In this document: positions 1-14,190 of the stretch, in pieces
Position numbering within the stretch: the stretch's first letter is position 1
How the letters are laid out: each line of letters begins with the position of its first letter
NCBI RefSeq assembly: GCF_009914755.1
Contig: NC_060930.1
From: the human T2T-CHM13v2.0 reference genome, Homo sapiens
Strand: one strand, 5' to 3'
Length of the DNA stretch: 64,000 bases
Notes under the pieces: model-generated
What the model was told of the DNA's origin: nothing
The model's input: only the letters and a program-made list of their open reading frames with translations
Database searches by the model: none
Translations under genes and position numbers: made by a program

Positions 1-65
1 AAGCAATCATCCCTTCTTGCCTCCCAAAATGCTGGGATTACAGGCATGAGCCACCATGCCCAGCC
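1..65 (-). mobile_element. Alu 5' end (cut by window edge)
   Basis: gcctcccaaaatgctgggattacaggcatgagccaccatgcccagcc. Confidence 0.9.
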
Positions 66-3000
66 TAGGCTGTCTCTTTAGCTCTTCAATTATAGGGCTT
101 CCTGCAACCTCAGCCCTTAACGAATGAGCTAGCGTGTAAGTGACTAGCTAAATAAATGTGCTGCAAACCTCTGACAAATGGCTTTTTGACATTATTAAAA
201 TTTATTTATGTGGAACAAAAAAATTCTTTTCTTCTGCATCATGCATCCTACACTGCTTTTAAAGAAACTCTGCTATCCTTTGTTTTACCGTCTAACATTT
301 CTTTGTTTCCCTTCTGACATGTTTCAGCCTCTTGTCATCACTTGGAACATTTTTACTGCCTCATCCCTCTAGTTTCCATTTCCTAGCCTAGCCCAGCCCA
401 GTATTTTTGAAACCCAAATACCTGGAATTTTGCCTGATGTTTAAAGCCAAAACCAAATGAAAATGTGAAGAACCAAAGGAGATTTTATTCTTCTGTGACT
501 CAAAATCCTGTTGTTATTGTTAAATGAACCCTGTGGGATACAGTCTGGTATTTTTAACACCTTCTGGGGGTATTTGTCAATATTTACATTTGATGTGGAT
601 AGCTTATAAAAGTCCAGTGGCTTTGGGTAAACCCTGTTCACTAAGAATAAGACCCAGAAGGTCATATGAATCAACGATCAAAGAATGAAGATATTCTGAA
701 TCCAAGTTTCTTGTTTTGATTGTTAAAAATACCTTGCAATTAGTTAGGCATGAGAGAAAGCTTGTGTATAAAGTTTGGCTTGTAATTCACATGAATTCTC
801 TATACAGGCCAAAAACTACCTTCCCTTTGGGAATATACAATGACCTTATTTGGAAATTACTTCAGGTAATTATGAAGTAATAATATCTCTATTCATATGC
901 TAAAAAGAATTCAAAATAACATTCAATTATCATCTCTTAGAAACTAAATTAAACGGGTACTCACCCAAGTTGAAATGCAAACAAATGCATGATATCATTA
1001 TGTGACCCTCCCCTAGCCCTTACCCTGTCCATGGCAGATGCTAAGAAAAACTTGTCCCTAAGAAGAGAGAAGTCAATTGATTTAGTCAGCCTTTCCCACT
1101 GTGTTTGGACTGAGCCTCAGAACCCTCCTTATCCCCATACTGCAAGGAGTTACTGTCAATCAACTAGAGATGGCGCTCAAGATAAAATTATTTTCCATCC
1201 TGTACTAATATAATAATAAGCATGGAATCTATTTATTGGTTTTTTCACAACAATAAAATATATCTTTAGCAAGTAACAAATGGTAGAGGTAATACTTTTA
1301 GATAAAGAGGGAAGAATCCTTCTGACTTTTCTCTTTATCACATTTTACCCACACACAATGTGGATGGAATCTGCAACTGAATTTAGCAGTCACACTGAAA
1401 CTCTGCTGCATGACCACACTGTCCTGAGGCCATGTGCCAACTTCTATGTTTTTTTTTCCCAAAGCTCTTCCAAGGAAGAGCTGCCACTTCTCCATTTACT
1501 CTTTTCACCTGTAAATGAATGCTGCCGTTGGTATTGAGAAAATGGGTGAATGAAAGAAATCATGAGAACACTCCTGGGGTGAGAGCAAGAGGAATGAAAA
1601 CACGTGGTGTGAGAGCAGGTCAGAGATGGTGGTTAACACAGGAACCAGGATGGAGGCCTCAGACTTGACCCTGGCCTGCAGGACGTTGGCCTGCATTGTC
1701 TGCAGGAGGAAACACAGAGGTCAGTGGATATCCTGCGGTCTTCCATTAAGGCCTCTTACTATTCTGGAACATTTTATTTTTATAGAGAAATCTCCCACTT
1801 CCTGATCTCCCCAGTTAGAATTGATTGATCAAAGCAGTCCCTCTCCCTGTTATTAAATAATTAAATAATATGCATTAGTTGATCCCTATAACCACTTAAA
1901 ATGTATCTAACACAGGAGAAATCTTTGGTAAATATTTACTGAATGAATGAACAAATAAATAATTGGAGGGAGGGAGAAAGAGACAGAGTTAAATCCTGAG
2001 GCTGGAGTTTTTGGTCCTTCAGCCCCTTATCCCATTGCCCCTGGCAGCCCCATCCATGTGACCTTGAATTCTGTCCAAGTCTCATCACTTTCTATGTGTG
2101 TTGTAATGGAAAAAAGGTTACAAAACACAGTCTTTCTGGCCTGGAGTACCAAAATAGTAAAGACTTCTGTTTTGAAAGCCTCTGACAAATGAACACAACA
2201 GCCACAGTGATAACTTTAGCAGGAAATTGAACCACAAAAAGCAAGCGAGCCACAAAGCCCTGAAGGCTAAAAATGCCTCACAGGCCAAGAGGCAGTTAGG
2301 TTGCACCTGAGACAGAGGCTGCTTTCTTAACTGGGAAATGGGTGTCTCCAGATATATAAAGCTGTGAGGAGATCACCATGGCCCAGCTCTGACGAGCCAC
2401 TGGTACAGCATTGTTGGTTAGTTTGCCTCAACCTGCAGCAGAGTTTTTATTCCAAGAGTTAACAGTTAGTTAGGCTTTTTCCAAAGGTTGAGATGACACC
2501 CCAACTCCCACACCCATTTCCGTCCTGCCCCAGCTTGAAACCAGGCAAAGTGAGTTAAGACATTGGGAGATGGGAGGGGACAGGAGGGGTAGAGGCCTGG
2601 CACCCCTCTCTCTTCTGTTTCAAGAGACACTTTGTGGAGTTGTCTAGAGAGACTGGGGGTAACTGCTCCTTCTGCCCCCAATCTCCCCTTAGCTCCCCAC
2701 TCCTCCCTATCCTGCCAGGCCAACCACCAGCAGAGAAGGGCGCTTAGCTCCAGTGACGCTGTGAGTGAGGTACTTGTGAGGATGCATATGGTTCCTGTTG
2801 GAAATGCACGGAGGAGCAGTGAAACACCAGAAGCCCCATCCTCTCTCCTGCCCGTGCCCTCATGCCCAGCCAGCTGAATATTCCTGTGGCTTCCACTCCT
2901 GCACTGTCCCCTCAGTGTCACCTCCCCACCACATTCCCACAGCCCCACTTGCTGTGTCACCTCTCCCCTGAGGGAGAGGTGTCTTCCTGCCAGTCTCTTC

Positions 3001-4870
3001 ACCACCAGGCTCACACAACTCCCATCCGTTCACTGCAGGCTGCCAGACTGAGCTTTCCAAGCACCCCCGGACTGCCTCCAGCCCTACTTTCTCTTCAAGG
3101 CTTCCCACTTCCCTCAAAATGAAAGCCCTGACTCCTTGGACACCATACAGACCCTCCCTGATCTCCCAGCGATGCTCTTAGCAGCATCATTTTTTTTTCT
3201 GCCAGATTTTCAGGTGCCCTCAGTTCCAGGAGCACCAAATCACCTGGATGCCATGAGCTGCTTATGACACAGTTCAAGGTGTGACATCTTTGAGGTCTCT
3301 CCATAACACCTCTACTGCAGACGTCTGTCTCTGGTGTATCAGCTGTACCTTGCACACATGTCTCTAACCATCTGTCCACTGTGTCTGTCTGTTCACACAT
3401 CAGATTGACCCTATGTTCTCTGTGACACCAGGTGAGCTCTGGCACCAGTGCCCAGCAGATGATTACTGAATGATTAATAAAACTACTCCCTCCACCTGCT
3501 GCTTTTAAATGGGCTCCATTTTGGTATGATTTGGTGTGTGAACCATTAAAACTTTTCAGAAGTCAGGATTTGAAACAAACTTGGTAAAAAGTAGTTAAGC
3601 AATGTCTTCGTTGTAAAGTGAGAAACCAAGTTGCTTGGAAACAGGTGAAAAGCTTAGCCAGCAGCTTCACAATTCACAGCCTGGCACTCCAGTAGCCCTC
3701 TCTGGACAATTGCCCAGGTTTTCTTGTTTTCATTTCTGTGTTTTAATTTACAAGTTACCTTTATATTTCTACTAATACCTTACTGGCACTTGTTTGTGAA
3801 TGAAACAATTTTTTTGAGAGTTTGTTAATTGTTCTGTGTGAGTGTGGAAAGTTTCTTTCATATAAGATCATCAATTCTTTTTTTAAAAATAGTGTTTTAG
3901 GTTTTCTCCTACATAAAGAAAGTGGTGGGGGTGAGGAGCTGGGGGTGGACCAGATGCTCACATTGTATTTCTATGATTTTGCTGTTGGAGATACTGAAGA
4001 TCATTTTGCTGGGCTTTGCTCTCTTAAATTACAGAAAAGTGCATTTGGTGAAGTTTAGTGTTTTTAGTAAACATATACAAGATGTCATAGGGATAGAATT
4101 AGTGAAGGAATAGGGTTCGTGAATGAATGAGCTCAATCTTAGTAATGAAATGTTTGGAAAGCAACAGAACAAGAGAGAAAGAGCATCAGAACATGATTTA
4201 GGTACCCCATACATTTATACAAATAAAAAAAAGATCTGATTTAGGGTCATAGAAATCACATACCTAAACTGATGGTTAAACAATAAGTGGCAAGTAACAG
4301 TTTAGCTACAAAAAATGTACAGGAACACATAAGGAAAGTTACATGGGAACTTTCAGAGAGGACCAAAAAAGGTGGAATAAGATTATCTGCTCTGTTATGA
4401 TCCCCTGTATTTCTCTGCTCTATGTTCTTCTCTTGGGCAGTCTTTTCCTGAGATGTTTTCATGTTATTAATCAAAAATAATAGAAACGAATAAACTAGAT
4501 CAATGCATTTACAAGATTTTTTGAGTGCCTGCAGTATGCCTCGGTGTGGTGGGAACTTGGTGTACTGAGGTGAGTAGCATGATCCTGAAGAGCTTAGGAA
4601 TCACTGAGTTCTCGTAAGTGCAATAGAAGAAAAACTGGTAGAAGGAAGTCAAATGAAAATACAAGTTTCTAAAGAAAATAAGTATTTACAAAGGAATTTG
4701 TCTGCATTAATTTCTGTGGAAAAGTTAGCTATGTATAGAAGAAAGAAACTTGTTAGTAATTCTTTCATTCATTCATTTATTCATTCAACAGTGAATCCCT
4801 GCCATGGTAGTACTAACTACTTGCACTGTGGTAGTGCAAGGGATACATTTGCTGTGCAAGTAGTTAGGAA

Positions 4871-4895
4871 TTTTTTTTTTTTTTTTTTTTTTTTT
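4871..4895. repeat. T25 mononucleotide run
   Basis: Direct reading. Confidence 0.95.
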
Positions 4896-4939
4896 AGTGC
4901 TTTGTGTATGCTAGGCTTTATGCAAATATACAGCCAAGC

Positions 4940-5175
4940 ACAGAGGTTAAGAACTTTGGAATCAAACCGAAGTGGTTCTAGTCCCAGCTCCCCCTTACAA
5001 ATTGTGTGATCTTCAACAGTTCATTTAACTTCTCTAGATCTCAGATTTTCTCATCAGTAAAATGAGTGCAGTAAGAGTACCACCCTCACAGCATGAAATC
5101 AGATTTTCTGTACTCTTTACTAACTCACTTTCCATGACGCTGGCATGTGGCAAGTGCTGACTCAATACTGGCTCA
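4940..5175 (+). mobile_element. MIR SINE
   Basis: ggttctagtcccagctcc...tttaacttctct...ctcagattttctcatcagtaaaatg core. Confidence 0.75.
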
Positions 5176-5439
5176 TTTCCTTAACTGCTTTTATTTTATT
5201 CATTCACTGCCATTCCAGAGGAAACTGCGGTTCTGAGATGTGCCCTGGGTCACTGCTGAGGAGCGGACGGAGCCTGGGAGGGAGCTACCCCTGCCTTGTT
5301 TCCTCACACTTTATGGGGTGGGTGTCAGGAATGAGGCTGGAGGGGAAGGCAAAACCAGATCCCTAAGAGCCCCCTGGACCCTGCTTAGGGTGTTTACTTC
5401 TATCATAAAGGCTGTGCTTCTGTAGAGACCTAAGGCAGA

Positions 5440-5890
5440 GAGTGCCAAGGTCAGGTTTGCATTTGAGAAAAGTTTTTCTGGCAGCAATATAAAGAATAGT
5501 TTAGCAAAAGAAATGAGAATAGCTGGAAACCCAGTTAGGAGGCTGTGGTAGTCCAGGAGCACACTAAGGCAGCAACAATAGGTGGATGGAAACTGGAGCA
5601 TTTAGGTAAGGGAGAGGGATGCCAGAGGACGTGATGGTGAGGGAGAGGGAAGAGGGTGGGACTCCACCGCACCAGGGCTTCTGGCTTTATTGACTGGGTA
5701 TATGGTGGCATCCTGGGCCAAGACAGTGAGTCACAGGGAAGAGGCTTTGAGCCTGGTAAGCTTGGGACACTTTTGAGACATTGGGAGGAAATGACACATG
5801 GCAGTTGACATACAGATCTAGACGTCAGGAGAAAAGTCAGGGCTGGAGATTTTCGGTTTACAGTTGAAGGTATGAGTAGGAATGAGATCA
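5440..5890 (-). mobile_element. L2 LINE fragment
   Basis: gtcaggtttgcattt...ccagttaggaggctgtggtagtccagg...gggctggagat, typical of antisense L2; bounds approximate. Confidence 0.6.
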
Positions 5891-7861
5891 TTTACTCAGT
5901 CCATCCCACCACATTGAGCACCATGAATAAGGGGCTCCTCTCCCCATGGGGCAAGAGAGGTGAAAAGACAGTCAAAGTCACTACTTTCAGGAGGATTAGG
6001 CTCAAGTTAGGATGGGGAGGTGGAGAAGGCATCAAACAAATAAATGAAAACTATAACTTCAGTTATTGCCAAGTGCTAGGAATATAATGTTGCTGTTAAA
6101 CTGCAAGGTGGCTAACAAGTTGGATAGTCTTTCTTGAAGAACTGTAGAAACATTCATTAAAAACAAAATAATTTTATAGTTAAGCAAGAAAGTGATTGTA
6201 CTATAACAAGGGAGACTTATTTCACCATAGGAAAAAAATCATAACATTCTAAGAATAGAAGGAAAAAATAACAATTACCCAAGCCTGCAACAACCTGTAA
6301 GACCAGATCAGCTTTTAAGAGGAAAGTTAATTAGATAACAGGAAGAGGTAAAAATGAGATCATCAGAGATGGGGGAAAAGGCAAATTTAGAAATTCTGAA
6401 TTTAATAGGGGAGACAAGTATGTAGGAATATAAACACATTGTGCTTTCTCTGCACAAACACATTCACATGAGGATGTATACACAACCCTTGCAGGCACAG
6501 GTACTCAGTGAATGCCTGCGTGCCAAGGAGGGGGACAGCACTGAGCAGGAGAGGTGGCAGGGCCTGGTGGCCCAGGAGCACTCATATAGTCAGGAGACTG
6601 ATATAAAAGAAAGATCCTGCTAACATGCCATTACAGAGTATGGAATGAGCAAGGAAGGAAGAGGGTGAGGCTGTAAGAGAGTGCACAGGCCCTCATTTAA
6701 ATGGACGGGTCACCAGCCAGTACTTCATGCCTGTTCCTAGATGACCCACAAAGTGAAACGAAACTGGATGTGGTATTTAGCAAGTCTGAGATTTGCTGGT
6801 TTAAGTACTAAGTTAGCAAACCAGCCTTGGCAGCCAGAGCAGGTAGGGTAGGGGGCCCAAGGAGATGGGTGTATCCAGGAGGCCAATGGAGGAAGGAGAG
6901 GAAGGTTTTCTGGGAAGCCAGCTGACATGTCATGCTTTGTCAGTGGGGCCTCTGCATGGATTCCCTCCACTCCCCCCCAGCCCCCAACTCACTACGGGGA
7001 GCTGCAAAATGACAGACAATGGGTGGTTTTGTACCCAGCAGCCACTCCTCAACCAGTGAGGAATGGGAGAGAGATAAGAAGGTGGGAAACAAGGATTGCT
7101 TGTCACCATCCCTGCTCCTCCTGAAGCCCTGCGCTGGGAGCAGGTACAGAACCCGCTGAAGGTCACCTAATCATTTCACCATGGAGTTCTTCCCCAGATG
7201 TGAAACTGCTGGGACTGGAGCAAAGGGTGCCCAGAGCTGACTGGAGGAGGAAGCCAGAGCCACACTGGAACATATGGAGATGCTAGCTCCTGCCTGCTAT
7301 TGAGGAACTTCATTTTCCCAGAAGAATTAGAGGACCACAGGAGTGCTTGGGAAGAAGCAATTGTGGCAACCTAGGTGAATGATGACCTAGGAGGTGAAAT
7401 GAGGAAGGAGGCCTTTGGTCTCTGCCAACCATACATTTCAGGTTGCCTTTTGCTAAAGTCCTGCTGATGTTAATCATTCTCTCCAGCAGATCGCGGCTTG
7501 AATCATGGGGTCTGAAATGTGGGTTTATGAGAGAAAAACAACATGGAAAAATTGGGCAGAGGCTGGTAAATGTGAACATTCAAACCTGCCCCCAATCTGA
7601 GATGGTGGGACAGTGGACCCCTGGCCAGCTCTCCAGGTGTTGCGTATGCACATTGGCAAACCACCTTTATTAGGTGGTGTGACACCTGGGTAGCAATTCT
7701 CAAGCAATGTGATGATCTGAATGTCCCTGGGCCTGACCCAGGTGAGGAGGACACAAAATCATGCAATATGTCTCATAGAGCTTAGTCAGTTTTGAGAAAT
7801 ACTGGACTAATGTTATGTTTTTAAAGCACCTAATTCTTTTTCTCTTTTCTGTTTTATCTAG

Positions 7862-8084
7862 GCACTGGGAAATCATGAATTTGATAATGGTGTGGAAGGA
7901 CTGATCGAGCCACTCCTCAAAGAGGCCAAATTTCCAATTCTGAGTGCAAACATTAAAGCAAAGGGGCCACTAGCATCTCAAATATCAGGACTTTATTTGC
8001 CATATAAAGTTCTTCCTGTTGGTGATGAAGTTGTGGGAATCGTTGGATACACTTCCAAAGAAACCCCTTTTCTCTCAAATCCAG
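7862..8084 (+). CDS. NT5E: NT5E (CD73) exon 2, 223 nt; ALGNHEFDNG...PFLSNP(G)
   Basis: Pyrimidine tract ...ttttatctag|GCACTG and donor CCAG|gtattt. Encodes the GNHE(FD) metallophosphoesterase motif (N117/H118 in CD73 numbering). Overlaps ORF 7892..8206. Confidence 0.98.
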
Positions 8085-8579
8085 GTATTTTCTACTTTTA
8101 TAGCACTCAATGCTTGAAAATAGATGCCCTAAATCACAGCTTGGCATTATATTTATGGACTGTAGATAAAAGTAGGAACAACTGGGTAAATAGTGCACTA
8201 GAATAACACTGATAAAAGCAATCTGGTAAATTCTATGCTGTTGTTCCAAGGTACTTCTTAAAGAGATGTCCTCTTCTGCTCAGTGAACTTCTTTGTTGAC
8301 AAAAACAGTATCTTTGTCTAATTCAGTGCTTTCAAAATGGGAAGAGGAGACAATGTATAGCCAGTGCTAAACAGTACAGTTTCATTTACTAGAGAATGAG
8401 AGCCTCAAAACTCACTGCCCTTCTCCTGTGGAGCCATGAGCACAGAGCCAGAGTTTTACCTCAATTTACCTTATTGCTCCTTTTCTAGGATGATTATTAC
8501 ATGTCCAGCTAACTCACCTTTCTCGCTTTTCATTATTCATCTCGTTTTAATGACATTCTTGTATCTGACTTTCTGGGAA

Positions 8580-8755
8580 ATATATATAGTGGTCTTATGA
8601 TATATATGGATATATATAAGTGTATGTATATACATTTATAGACATATATACACATATGTATATATAATATATATAATCTTAAGACACACACATACATATA
8701 TGACACATATACATACATACATATAAGACACACACACATATATAATCTTAAGACC
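8580..8755. repeat. Compound (TA)n/(CA)n/(CATA)n low-complexity tract
   Basis: Includes a repeated atatataatcttaagac unit. Confidence 0.85.
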
Positions 8756-10159
8756 CTTCAAGAAACTATTTTGAGGCACTTTTATAAGAAAACTTTTTGG
8801 AATATTTTGGCAATGAGAACAAAAATGACATTTTCTTTAAATTATCCAAATTAAATGTGTTTCCATATTTGAAGAAAAAAAGGGAAAATAGGAGCCAGGG
8901 TTATCTAGAAACATGAGTTTTCATTAAGAACTAACTGATAAAGGACATATAATTGACAATTCAAAAATATATATTTACTGTTGTTGTTGTTATAAAATAA
9001 ATAAGTCCAGGCCATTGGAAACAACAACAGAAAAGTCAGCTGTGTTTGCTGAGAGCAGCAAGCGGGTCCTGCAGCTGGCATAGAGGCAGAGCTGGAGGCA
9101 GGGTGGAGCGGCTGGGGCTGGAGTGGTCAGTGAGAAGAGTGAGAGAACTTGCTAAAGAACCCCCCAACCCCACCCTGGGGTCAGGTTTACTTGCTGAAGA
9201 ACCTCCTTGGTCCCCTTGAGAGCTGTGTAAAACATCCCTGGGGCACAGGACATTCCAGAAGTGAGGTCAGAGTCACAAGCTAGGATGCAGGCTCCATGAG
9301 GACAGAAACCTCTGCTGTCTCACTATTGCCCAATGACTGTGCACAGTGCCTGGCATATGATAAGTCCTCAGGAAGCATTGCTGGGATGAATACATGAGAG
9401 CAGGAAGGTATAGGGGCCACAGTCACAGAACAGCAGATAGTTCCATTTCCTGGAGCATGGGTTCTGACTAGGAAAAGCTAGAAAGTTGGATCAGGGCTAG
9501 ATTGTAGGGCTGAGAAGTTCAGGTGTGATTTGGAGGAAAGCATTGTCTCTTCTTTAAAAGGCACCCATAAGGAGGTAGGAGGTGCAGGTCTTGGTGGAAA
9601 GGCACAGCAGCTCCAGAAATCAAACTGCCCCAGCTGGGACTCTGACCAGCCCTTTACCAGGCTGTAACAGAGAGGGGATCAAAAGTGACACTGCTGTTTC
9701 CAGCAGCTGCTGGAAGAGAGGGCTGCATTTTGCAGGGCCCAGTGTGGGGGGAAAGGGATGGGGTGGAATAGAATGTTTCCAGGAGCACTGCTTCTTCCAA
9801 GACTACAGGCCCAGCGGCCTGGTGTGGGTTCTTCCTACAGTTCTTTGACCCTAATCAAGCCCAGTTCTCCCAGTCCTAGTGGCCTGGGCACCCACAGGGT
9901 TATAACCTGTATTTCTAGCACATTTAATCTAATTTATTTTAGCTAGATCATTAAATACCTGAAATACAACTCTCCTCATGACATCTTGAAATATAAGCCA
10001 TGCTTTGTATATATGGGATGCCTGGTCCTGTGAGGTTTCTGATATAATAGAGGAATACATTCCTTTGTCCTCAGAGGCATTTCTCTGAATTTTTTTTCCT
10101 TCTTGGCAGCCATACCTTAAGCAAAAGATGGTAGCATACTCTCGACATTTAGTCATTCC

Positions 10160-10420
10160 CCTGGGTACCTGTCTGTGTGCCAGGCACTGTTTTAGGCACC
10201 AGGGATACTGACCAAAAAAAAAAAAGTTGCCCACTGGAGCTTACATATTCAGTGGGGGAATCAATAAATGAGTAAATGGTTTGGTATGTCAGAAGGTGCT
10301 AAGGCTGTGGAGAAGAATTAAGCAGGAGGGGAATGGCAAGTGCAGCAGGGGGGAAGGTATACCTTGTTGTTTCAAAGAGATGCTCAAGGAAAGGCTCACA
10401 TAGAAGGCAACATAGCACTG
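10160..10420 (-). mobile_element. L2 3'-end fragment
   Basis: tgtgtgccaggcactgttttaggcaccagggatac...ggagcttacat. Confidence 0.6.
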
Positions 10421-11247
10421 AGGGTCAACGGGGAGCCCTGGGCTTCTTGGGGCAACCAACAGGAAGCAGATTGTCCTTGATGTTCTCATAATAGACAACA
10501 GTGGCAAAACTACAACTCTTGATTTTTCAACATTGCCTATGAGTTACAGACAGCCTTGCCTGTCCAACACATCTGTGAGCTGCTAATTATTAGGTTGTCA
10601 TTCTGGGGCCTCCCTGGCTATGATGTCAGCCATGAATTATCTTCCATGGTAATTTGCACTTGTGGAGTTGGCTAATGTTAAGGATTCAGGAGTTCCCCTG
10701 CTGAAGCACACAGACATTCCTAAACCTCACAGTGGAACAAGGGATGCATTTCTAATAATCTTGTTACTCTTTGGATTAGTACTTTTCAAACTGGAGTTTG
10801 CAGACTCCTGCATTTTGAAAGCTTTTAATGAAATGTCATTCTCCCACCCTCCTTCCCTTGTTTAGTGTTAGTTCTTAGAAATCAGTGTAAGAACGTCTGG
10901 ATCTACTGGAGGACTCCCCAGTCACAGAGTACCAGACATGACTTCAGGGCAGCATGTCTGTATTTGCAGTCATCTTCATGCCAGTGATAGCCATAAAACC
11001 TCAAAGCTTCCTCAAATGTGGCTAACAGAGCCAGTTGGAGGAACCAGTTGCCTTGCTGCACACAGAGAACCTGGGTTGCACAGTGAGAGCCATGCTTGAC
11101 TACTGATAACAAAAGGCTATCGTTTGTTACCACTATGTGCAGTAATAAGCACCCAGGGAAGAATGTACACAATCCCAGTGCCAGCAACATTTAGATGAGG
11201 CCCTCATGATTAACACAGAGCTCAATAATGCTCTAATGCTGGCATTA

Positions 11248-11543
<296 letters not shown>

Positions 11544-12038
11544 TGCTGGCATTAAAGAGAACATGACAAAGTTATCAACTGCCATATTAAAATAGGCATT
11601 CAAGGACTACTTGCTGACAGTTTTAAGTTTGAACACTGATTATCCCAAGTTTCCAACGAACGTCTTGGAGTTGCTAATACTCTTTTGTGTATCATGCTTA
11701 CGTGCTTAGGCATTTTCTGCATTGGTATTGTGGAAGTTGAGATGTACAAATATATAAAACAATATCTGAAGCCTCCTCACAGTTTGCAACCAAGTTCAAG
11801 CAAAACAATATCCACAACCTTAAACTAATACAACATAAAGTGAATGTAATGAGGATATTGATTTGAATTTTTATTTACTTCTTAGGGGTTTTGTATTTAA
11901 TGAATAAATATGTTTTGGTTTTACTGACTCTTGAGCTTTAGTAAATTAAGGTGTTTAACCTTTGCATGTTAATATGTATATTAAGTAATATAATAAAAAT
12001 TGTTAATAAATATCCATTTTATTTATTTTGTTCCTTAG

Positions 12039-12227
12039 GGACAAATTTAGTGTTTGAAGATGAAATCACTGCATTACAACCTGAAGTAGATAAGTTAAAA
12101 ACTCTAAATGTGAACAAAATTATTGCACTGGGACATTCGGGTTTTGAAATGGATAAACTCATCGCTCAGAAAGTGAGGGGTGTGGACGTCGTGGTGGGAG
12201 GACACTCCAACACATTTCTTTACACAG
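12039..12227 (+). CDS. NT5E: NT5E exon 3, 189 nt; (G)TNLVFEDE...VVGGHSNTFLYT(G)
   Basis: ttccttag|GG and ACAG|gtaatt; phase 1-1. Contains the ALGH and GGHS metal-ligand histidines (H220, H243). Confidence 0.98.
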
Positions 12228-14009
12228 GTAATTGTTTCAAAAGGATTGCATGGGCCAGGATGTCCAGATAAGCACTGTGTCTCTTTTGCCTTTGTAACTG
12301 TTATTACTCTTTTTACTGCTATTTAATATGTAATGTATATTATATGATCTATAATATATATGTAATATACATTAAATGGGAACATGTGCAAATCTTACAA
12401 ACATTACTAAGAATTTATTGATTTCATGATTATAAGTCAATTCCATATATTTATGTATATAATAAATATATAAGACATAAAATATGTATAAAACATATAT
12501 ATACCATACATATGAAAAACAAAAAGACTATTGAGCCCCAACCAAGTCATTTATGATAGATTCTTATCAAAAAGCAACATGTCATATAAAAACTTTAAGC
12601 ATAAACAAAATAATGTAAATAAGGACCTTTATAACTCAAGGTGGATTTGATTTGTAGGTTGCACAGGTAGCAGAGGCTGGACCTCGAGTGTGAGTCCTAA
12701 CTCTGCTGCAGACTAGGAATATAAGTATCCTGGAAGCCACATGACCCTGGGTCCTCAGGAGAGCATGCACTCTTCCTACCCACTACCTGACTACCCCCAC
12801 CACTCTCTTTTTTTCTCTCTCAAATTGGTGTTAAGTAGTTTTCATCAGAATAACTCTTTTATGATTTTTCCACTTTAAACCTATAATGTCCCAAAACTTT
12901 TGAATCTGGTTCCACCTTTCCCACTTCCCCCACCTTGCACTGCATAGATCTTTGAAGTATTCCCAAGGAAAGGAAGAAGAGGCTGGTAAACAGTTCTTCT
13001 ATCAGCATTCGCAAAGAAGGCTTTGGCGTGGGAACAGCCCTCCCCTTGAAGAGGCTCCTGCTTCTACCATCCTTATGTGGGCTGTCAAAGACCATGCTAT
13101 TTTGATAAAAGCGAAACTCAAAATACCCCAAACAATAAGTAGGAAATACCCAAAAACATTAAAAGGGATTATCACTAAGAAAGTAATTTTTATTTTCTTT
13201 CTAGTACTTTGGAGTATTTTCAAATAATGAATGCATGTTACTTTTGCAATCGGAAAGCAAAATATAAATTATAAAAAGGAAAGAAACACAATATTGGGTC
13301 AAAAGTCCCCATTCCTAATTCACTTGAATGACTTTGAGCAGGTCACTTAGCACCTCTGAATCTGCTAGCTTAGCTTCAAAATAGGGGATGATCATGCTCA
13401 AAGTTCCACGTTACTGTGAAAATTATATGAGATGTAAAAATATGTGAAAGCAGTTTATAAACTATAAATAGCTATATTCTGGTATGCAGCGTCATGGAGG
13501 TTGCCTGCTTATAAAAATATGTCAGTCAAAATCATAACTCACAAACTAAAGTTGGCCTTCACTTAAGAAAATACCAGTATGAATGTGTGCTAATTAAATT
13601 CCTTCACAGATATTTTACTTCTTGGTAAACACAGGCTAAGGAATAATTTCAAACTGAGTTAAACTGACAGGTTGTGAAATCAATTTATGGGTTATGACCA
13701 GTAGTAGGGCTTTTTTTTTTGACAGATAAGACTAAAATAGATTAGGCACTTACATTACTCATAAGAATGATAAATATTGTTCCATGGGAAAAGATGTATA
13801 TAAGATGTCAAGAACAGCCCCAGGCACATAGCAGACAATCCATAAATGTGATGAGGATGACGACTAGCACTGGACATTGTTAGCATGGATAACATTGCAA
13901 TCAAAGAGTTTCAACAACTCCATGAGGGTTAAATGAACTAAGAGAGCCAAGACGAGGAAATAATTGGAGCAGGTCACTGGGAAGCACTGGGTAGGGGTGA
14001 AGACTCAAC

Positions 14010-14190
14010 AAAGTCCTTCTGACTCTACCACTAATGGTGGGGTCCTTTCAATGCCTGATTACCCTCATCTGTGGAATGAAGGTGATAACAACAGTACCTA
14101 TTATAAGGGGTCACTGTGATTTAATATGTGTAATGAATGTATAGGTAAATGGCCTTAGCACAGGGCCTAGTATGTTAGCTGTTCTTATTT
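14010..14190 (+). mobile_element. MIR fragment
   Basis: ccctcatctgtggaatgaaggtgataacaacagtacct...cttagcacagggcctag. Confidence 0.55.

Noticed and set aside
2466-3445. Cluster of overlapping ORFs up to 182 aa in NT5E intron 1
   Set aside because: Locally GC-richer sequence has fewer stops; several rely on non-ATG starts, ORFs occur on both strands, and no domain is recognisable.
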